Source: Eledone cirrhosa (lineage: Eukaryota). Taken from it: 64,000 nt of DNA. Under the pieces are notes generated by a model. It saw nothing but the letters and a program-made list of their open reading frames with translations. It searched no databases and had not been told where the DNA came from. The position numbers and the translations under genes were made by a program. The stretch lies in contig OZ024743.1 of NCBI GenBank assembly GCA_964016885.1, positions 74,152,001 to 74,216,000 on the forward strand, in the 5' to 3' direction. Below, in pieces: positions 54,585-64,000 of this stretch; the stretch's first letter is position 1; every line of letters begins with the position of its first letter.

Positions 54585-57500
54585 CAGCAGCAACACTACC
54601 ACTATCAACAGCACACTACCACTATACACACAATACTACCACTATACACAACAATACTACCACTATACACACAATACTACCACTATACATAACAATACTA
54701 CCACTATACACAACAATACTACCACTATACACAACAACACTACCACTATACACAACAACACTACCACTATACACAACAATACTACCACTATACACAATAA
54801 TACTACCACTATACACAACAACACTACCACTATACACAACAACACTACCACTATACACAACAACACTACCACTATACACAACAATACTACCACTATACAC
54901 AACAATACTACCACTATACACAACAACACTACCACTATACACAACAACACTACCACTATACACAACAACACTACCACTATACACAACAACACTACCACTA
55001 TACACAACAATACTAACACTATACACAATAATACTACCACTATACACAACAACACTACCACTATACACAACAACACTACCACTATACACAACAACACTAC
55101 CACTATACACAACAATACTACCACTATACACAACAATACTACCACTATACACAATAATACTACCACTATACACAACAACACTACCACTATACATAACAAT
55201 ACTACCACTATACACAACAACACTACCACAATACACAACAACACTACCACTATACACAACAATACTACCACTATACACAACAACACTACCACTATACACA
55301 CAATACTACCACTATAAACAACACTACCACTATACACAACAACACTACCACAATACACAACAACACTACCACTATACACAACAACACTTCCACTATACAC
55401 AACAATACCCACTATACAAAACAATACTACCACTATACACAACAACACTACCACAATACACAACAACACTACCACTATACACAACAACACTACCACTATA
55501 AACAATACTACCACTATACACAACAACACTACCACTATACACAACAACACTACCACTATAAACAATACTACCACTATACACAACAACACAAACCACTATA
55601 AACAACACTACCACTATACACAACAACACTACCACTATACACAACAACACTACCACTATACACAACAACACTACCACTATACACAACAATACTACCACTA
55701 TACACAACAATACTACCACTATACACAACAACACTACCACTATACACAACAATACTACCACTATACACACAATACTACCACTATACACAACAACACTACC
55801 ACTATACACACAATACTACCACTATACACACAATACTACCACTATACACAACAACACTACCACTATACACAACAATACTACCACTATACACAACAACACT
55901 ACCACTATACACACAATACTACCACTATACACACAATACTACCACTATACACAACAACACTACCACTATACACAACAATACTACCACTATACACAACAAC
56001 ACTACCACTATACACAACAACACTACCACTATACACAACAACACTACCGCTATACACACAATACTACCACTATACACACAATACTACCACTATACACACA
56101 ATACTACCACTATACACACAATACTACCACTATACACAACAACACTACCACTATACACAACAATACTACCACTATACACAACAACACTACCACTATACAC
56201 AACAATACTACCACTATACACAACAATACTACCACTATACACAACAACACTACCACTATACACAACAACACTACCACTATACACAACAACACTACCACTA
56301 TACACACAATACTACCACTATACACACAATACTACCACTATACACAACAACACTACCACTATACACAACAATACTACCACTATACACAACAACACTACCA
56401 CTATACACACAATACTACCACTATACACACAATACTACCACTATACACAACAACACTACCACTATACACAACAACACTACCACTATACACAACAACACTA
56501 CCACTATACACAACAATACTACCACTATACACAACAATACTACCACTATACACAACAACACTACCACTATACACAACAACACTACCACTATAAACAACAC
56601 TACCACTATACACAACAACACTACCACAATACACAACAACACTACCACTATACACAACAACACTACCACTATAAACAATACTACCACTATACACAACAAC
56701 ACTACCACTATACACAACAACACTACCACTATACACAACAACACTACCACTATAAACAACACTACCACTATACACAACAACACTACCACTATACACAACA
56801 ACACTACCACTATACACAACAACACTACCACTATACACAACAATACTACCACTACACATAACAATACTACCACTATACACAACAATACTACCACTATACA
56901 CAACAACACTACCACTATACACAACAACACTTCCACTATACACAACAATACTACCACTATACACAACAATACTACCACTATACACAATAATACTACCACT
57001 ATACACAACAACACTACCACTATACATAACAATACTACCACTATACACAACAACACTACCACAATACACAACAACACTACCACTATACACAACAATACTA
57101 CCACTATACACAACAACACTACCACTATACACACAATACTACCACTATAAACAACACTACCACTATACACAACAACACTACCACAATACACAACAACACT
57201 ACCACTATACACAACAACACTTCCACTATACACAACAATACTACCACTATACACAACAACACTACCACTATACACAACAATACTACCACTATACACAACA
57301 ATACTACCACTATACACAACAACACTACCACTATACACAACAACACTACCACTATACACAACAACACTACCACTATAAACAATACTACCACTATACACAA
57401 CAACACTACCACAATACACAACAACACTACCACTATACACAACAACACTACCACTATAAACAATACTACCACTATACACAACAACACTACCACTATACAC

Positions 57501-60500
57501 AACAACACTACCACTATAAACAATACTACCACTATACACAACAACACAAACCACTATAAACAACACTACCACTATACACAACAACACTACCACTATACAC
57601 AACAACACTACCACTATACACAACAACACTACCACTATACACAACAATACTACCACTATACACAACAATACTACCACTATACACAACAACACTACCACTA
57701 TACACAACAATACTACCACTATACACACAATACTACCACTATACACAACAACACTACCACTATACACACAATACTACCACTATACACACAATACTACCAC
57801 TATACACAACAACACTACCACTATACACAACAATACTACCACTATACACAACAACACTACCACTATACACACAATACTACCACTATACACACAATACTAC
57901 CACTATACACAACAACACTACCACTATACACAACAATACTACCACTATACACAACAATACTACCACTATACACAACAACACTACCACTATACACAACAAC
58001 ACTACCACTATACACAACAACACTACCACTATACACACAATACTACCACTATACACACAATACTACCACTATACACACAATACTACCACTATACACACAA
58101 TACTACCACTATACACAACAACACTACCACTATACACAACAATACTACCACTATACACAACAACACTACCACTATACACAACAATACTACCACTATACAC
58201 AACAATACTACCACTATACACAACAACACTACCACTATACACAACAACACTACCACTATACACAACAACACTACCACTATACACACAATACTACCACTAT
58301 ACACACAATACTACCACTATACACAACAACACTACCACTATACACAACAATACTACCACTATACACAACAACACTACCACTATACACACAATACTACCAC
58401 TATACACACAATACTACCACTATACACAACAACACTACCACTATACACAACAACACTACCACTATACACAACAACACTACCACTATACACAACAATACTA
58501 CCACTATACACAACAATACTACCACTATACACAACAACACTACCACTATACACAACAACACTACCACTATAAACAACACTACCACTATACACAACAACAC
58601 TACCACAATACACAACAACACTACCACTATACACAACAACACTACCACTATAAACAATACTACCACTATACACAACAACACTACCACTATACACAACAAC
58701 ACTACCACTATACACAACAACACTACCACTATAAACAACACTACCACTATACACAACAATACTACCACTATACACAACAATACTACCACTATACACAACA
58801 ACACTACCACTATACACAACAACACTTCCACTATACACAACAATACTACCACTATACACAACAACACTACCACTATACACAACAACACTACCACTATACA
58901 CAACAATACTACCACTATACACAACAACACTACCACTATACACAACAATACTACCACTATACACACAATACTACCACTATACACAACAACACTACCACTA
59001 TACACACAATACTACCACTATACACAACAACACTACCACTATACACAACAACACTACCACTATACATAACAATACTACCACTATACACAACAATACTACC
59101 ACTATACACAACAACACTACCACTATACACACAATACTACCACTATACATAACAATACTACCACTATACACAACAATACTACCACTATACACAACAATAC
59201 TACCACTATACACAACAATACTACCACTATACAAAACAACACTACCACTATACACAACAACACTACCACTATACACACAATACTACCACTATACATAACA
59301 ATACTACCACTATACACAACAATACTACCACTATACACAACAACACTACCACTATACACAACAACACTACCACTATACACAACAATACTACCACTATACA
59401 CACAATACTACCACTATACATAACAATACTACTACTATACACACAATACTACCACTATACATAACAATACTACCACTATACACACAATACTACCACTATA
59501 CACAACAACACTACCACTATACACAACAATACTACCACTATACACAACAACACTACCACTATACACAACAACACTACCACTATACACAACAACACTACCA
59601 CTATAAACAATACTACCACTATACACAACAACACTACCACAATACACAACAACACTACCACTATACACAACAACACTACCACTATAAACAATACTACCAC
59701 TATACACAACAACACTACCACTATACACAACAACACTACCACTATAAACAATACTACCACTATACACAACAACACTACCACTATAAACAACACTACCACT
59801 ATACACAACAACACTACCACTATACACAACAACACTACCACTATACACAACAACACTACCACTATACACAACAATACTACCACTATACACAACAATACTA
59901 CCACTATACACAACAACACTACCACTATACACAACAATACTATGACTATACACACAATACTACCACTATACACAACAACACTACCACTATACACACAATA
60001 CTACCACTATACACACAATACTACCACTATACACAACAACACTACCACTATACACAACAATACTACCACTATACACAACAACACTACCACTATACACACA
60101 ATACTACCACTATACACACAATACTACCACTATACACAACAACACTACCACTATACACAAAAACACTACCACTATACACAACAACACTACCACTATACAC
60201 AACAATACTACCACTATACACAACAACACTACCACTATACACAACAATACTACCACTATACACAACAACACTACCACTATACACAACAATACTACCACTA
60301 TACACAACAACACTACCACTATACACAACAATACTACCACTATACACAACAACACTACCACTATACACAACAATACTACCACTATACACACAATACTACC
60401 ACTATACACAACAACACTACCACTATACACACAATACTACCACTATACACACAATACTACCACTATACACAACAACACTACCACTATACACAACAATACT

Positions 60501-63500
60501 ACCACTATACACAACAACACTACCACTATACACACAATACTACCACTATACACACAATACTACCACTATACACAACAACACTACCACTATACACAACAAT
60601 ACTACCACTATACACAACAATACTACCACTATACACAACAACACTACCACTATACACAACAACACTACCACTATACACAACAACACTACCACTATACACA
60701 ACAACACTACCACTATACACAACAACACTACCACTATACACAACAACACTACCACTATACACAACAATACTACCACTATACACAACAATACTACCACTAT
60801 ACACAACAACACTACCACTATACACAACAACACTACCACTATACACAACAACACTACCACTATACACACAATACTACCACTATACACACAATACTACCAC
60901 TATACACAACAACACTACCACTATACACAACAATACTACCACTATACACAACAACACTACCACTATACACACAATACTACCACTATACACAACAACACTA
61001 CCACTATACACAACAACACTACCACTATACACAACAACACTACCACTATACACAACAATACTACCACTATACACAACAATACTACCACTATACACAACAA
61101 TACTGCCACTATACACAACAATACTACCACTATACATAACAATACTACCACTATACACAAAAATACTACCACTATACACAACAACACTACCACTATACAC
61201 AACAACACTACCACTATAAACAACACTACCACTATACACAACAACACTACCACAATACACAACAACACTACCACTATACACACAATACTACCACTATACA
61301 CAACAACACTACCACTATACACAACAATACTACCACTATACACAACAACACTACCACTATACACACAATACTACCACTATACACAACAACACTACCACTA
61401 TACACAACAACACTACCACTATACACAACAACACTACCACTATACACAACAATACTACCACTATACACAACAATACTACCACTATACACAACAATACTAC
61501 CACTATACACAACAATACTGCCACTATACACAACAATACTACCACTATACATAACAATACTACCACTATACACAAAAATACTACCACTATACACAACAAC
61601 ACTACCACTATACACAACAACACTACCACTATAAACAATACTACCACTATACACAACAACACTACCACTATACACAACAACACTACCACTATAAACAATA
61701 CTACCACTATACACAACAACACTACCACTATAAACAACACTACCACTATACACAACAACACTACCACTATACACAACAACACTACCACTATACACAACAA
61801 CACTACCACTATACACAACAATACTACCACTATACACAACAATACTACCACTATACACAACAACACTACCACTATACACAACAACACTACCACTATACAC
61901 AACAACACTACCACTATACACACAATACTACCACTATACACACAATACTACCACTATACACAACAACACTACCACTATACACAACAATACTACCACTATA
62001 CACAACAACACTACCACTATACACACAATACTACCACTATACACAACAACACTACCACTATACACTACAACACTACCACTATACACAACAACACTACCAC
62101 TATACACAACAATACTACCACTATACACAACAATACTACCACTATACACAACAATACTGCCACTATACACAACAATACTACCACTATACACAACAATACT
62201 ACCACTATACACAACAACACTACCACTATACACAACAATACTACCACTATACACAACAACACTACCACTATACACAACAATACTACCACTATACACACAA
62301 TACTACCACTATACACAACAACACTACCACTATACACACAATACTACCACTATACACACAATACTACCACTATACACAACAACACTACCACTATACACAA
62401 CAATACTACCACTATACACAACAACACTACCACTATACACACAATACTACCACTATACACACAATACTACCACTATACACAACAACACTACCACTATACA
62501 CAACAATACTACCACTATACACAACAATACTACCACTATACACAACAACACTACCACTATACACAACAACACTACCACTATACACAACAACACTACCACT
62601 ATACACAACAACACTACCACTATACACAACAACACTACCACTATACACAACAACACTACCACTATACACAACAATACTACCACTATACACAACAATACTA
62701 CCACTATACACAACAACACTACCACTATACACAACAACACTACCACTATACACAACAACACTACCACTATACACACAATACTACCACTATACACACAATA
62801 CTACCACTATACACAACAACACTACCACTATACACAACAATACTACCACTATACACAACAACACTACCACTATACACACAATACTACCACTATACACAAC
62901 AACACTACCACTATACACAACAACACTACCACTATACACAACAACACTACCACTATACACAACAATACTACCACTATACACAACAATACTACCACTATAC
63001 ACAACAATACTGCCACTATACACAACAATACTACCACTATACATAACAATACTACCACTATACACAAAAATACTACCACTATACACAACAACACTACCAC
63101 TATACACAACAACACTACCACTATAAACAACACTACCACTATACACAACAACACTACCACAATACACAACAACACTACCACTATACACAACAACACTACC
63201 ACTATACACAACAACACTACCACTATACACAACAACACTACCACTATACACAACAACACTACCACTATACACAACAACACTACCACTATACACAACAACA
63301 CTACCACTATACACAACAACACTACCACTATACACAACAATACTACCACTATACACAACAATACTACCACTATACACAACAACACTACCACTATACACAA
63401 CAACACTACCACTATACACAACAACACTACCACTATACACACAATACTACCACTATACACACAATACTACCACTATACACAACAACACTACCACTATACA

Positions 63501-64000
63501 CAACAATACTACCACTATACACAACAACACTACCACTATACACACAATACTACCACTATACACAACAACACTACCACTATACACTACAACACTACCACTA
63601 TACACAACAACACTACCACTATACACAACAATACTACCACTATACACAACAATACTACCACTATACACAACAATACTGCCACTATACACAACAATACTAC
63701 CACTATACACAACAATACTACCACTATACACAACAACACTACCACTATACACAACAATACTACCACTATACACAACAACACTACCACTATACACACAATA
63801 CTACCACTATACACAACAACACTACCACTATACACTACAACACTACCACTATACACAACAACACTACCACTATACACAACAATACTACCACTATACACAA
63901 CAATACTACCACTATACACAACAACACTACCACTATACACAACAACACTACCACTATACACAACAACACTACCACTATACACACAATACTACCACTATAC
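54585..64000. repeat. 21-bp satellite (ACAACAA(C/T)ACTACCACTATAC)n with 20- and 18-bp variants, running off the window end
   Basis: Direct reading; source of all YSGSVVV/CIVVVLL ORFs. Confidence 0.98.

Noticed and set aside
54577-63982. Long hydrophobic ORFs (CIVVVLL/YSGSVVV)
   Set aside because: Product of a stop-poor 21-bp satellite with frequent 20-bp frameshifting units

Overview
AT-rich, microsatellite-saturated metazoan DNA with no intact host protein-coding gene. The repeat families suggest a cephalopod, probably an octopus (inference). Almost all ORFs in the track are translated microsatellites. The window is a nested set of mobile DNA inserted into (TA)n tracts: decayed Penelope-like elements (RT and GIY-YIG fragments), RTE-like LINE fragments (one with a 5' inversion), many tRNA-derived SINE copies and a 4.1-kb non-autonomous Helitron. 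It also holds several tandem repeats, including a 68-bp GC-rich minisatellite and a 21-bp satellite of more than 9.4 kb. The main signal, invisible in the ORF track, is about 20 type I hammerhead ribozyme (HHR) motifs with intact or compensated cores, from roughly 10 unrelated families, plus about a dozen decayed ones. Three sit in retrozyme/pLTR-like tandem arrays: a seemingly identical 310-bp unit forming a 2.16-kb head-to-head palindrome, a 284-bp dimer, and a 590-bp dimer whose HHR has a U3-A8 core instead of C3-G8. Many of these elements are fold-back duplicated at their own hairpins. All RNA structures were folded by eye; no search or computation was run.
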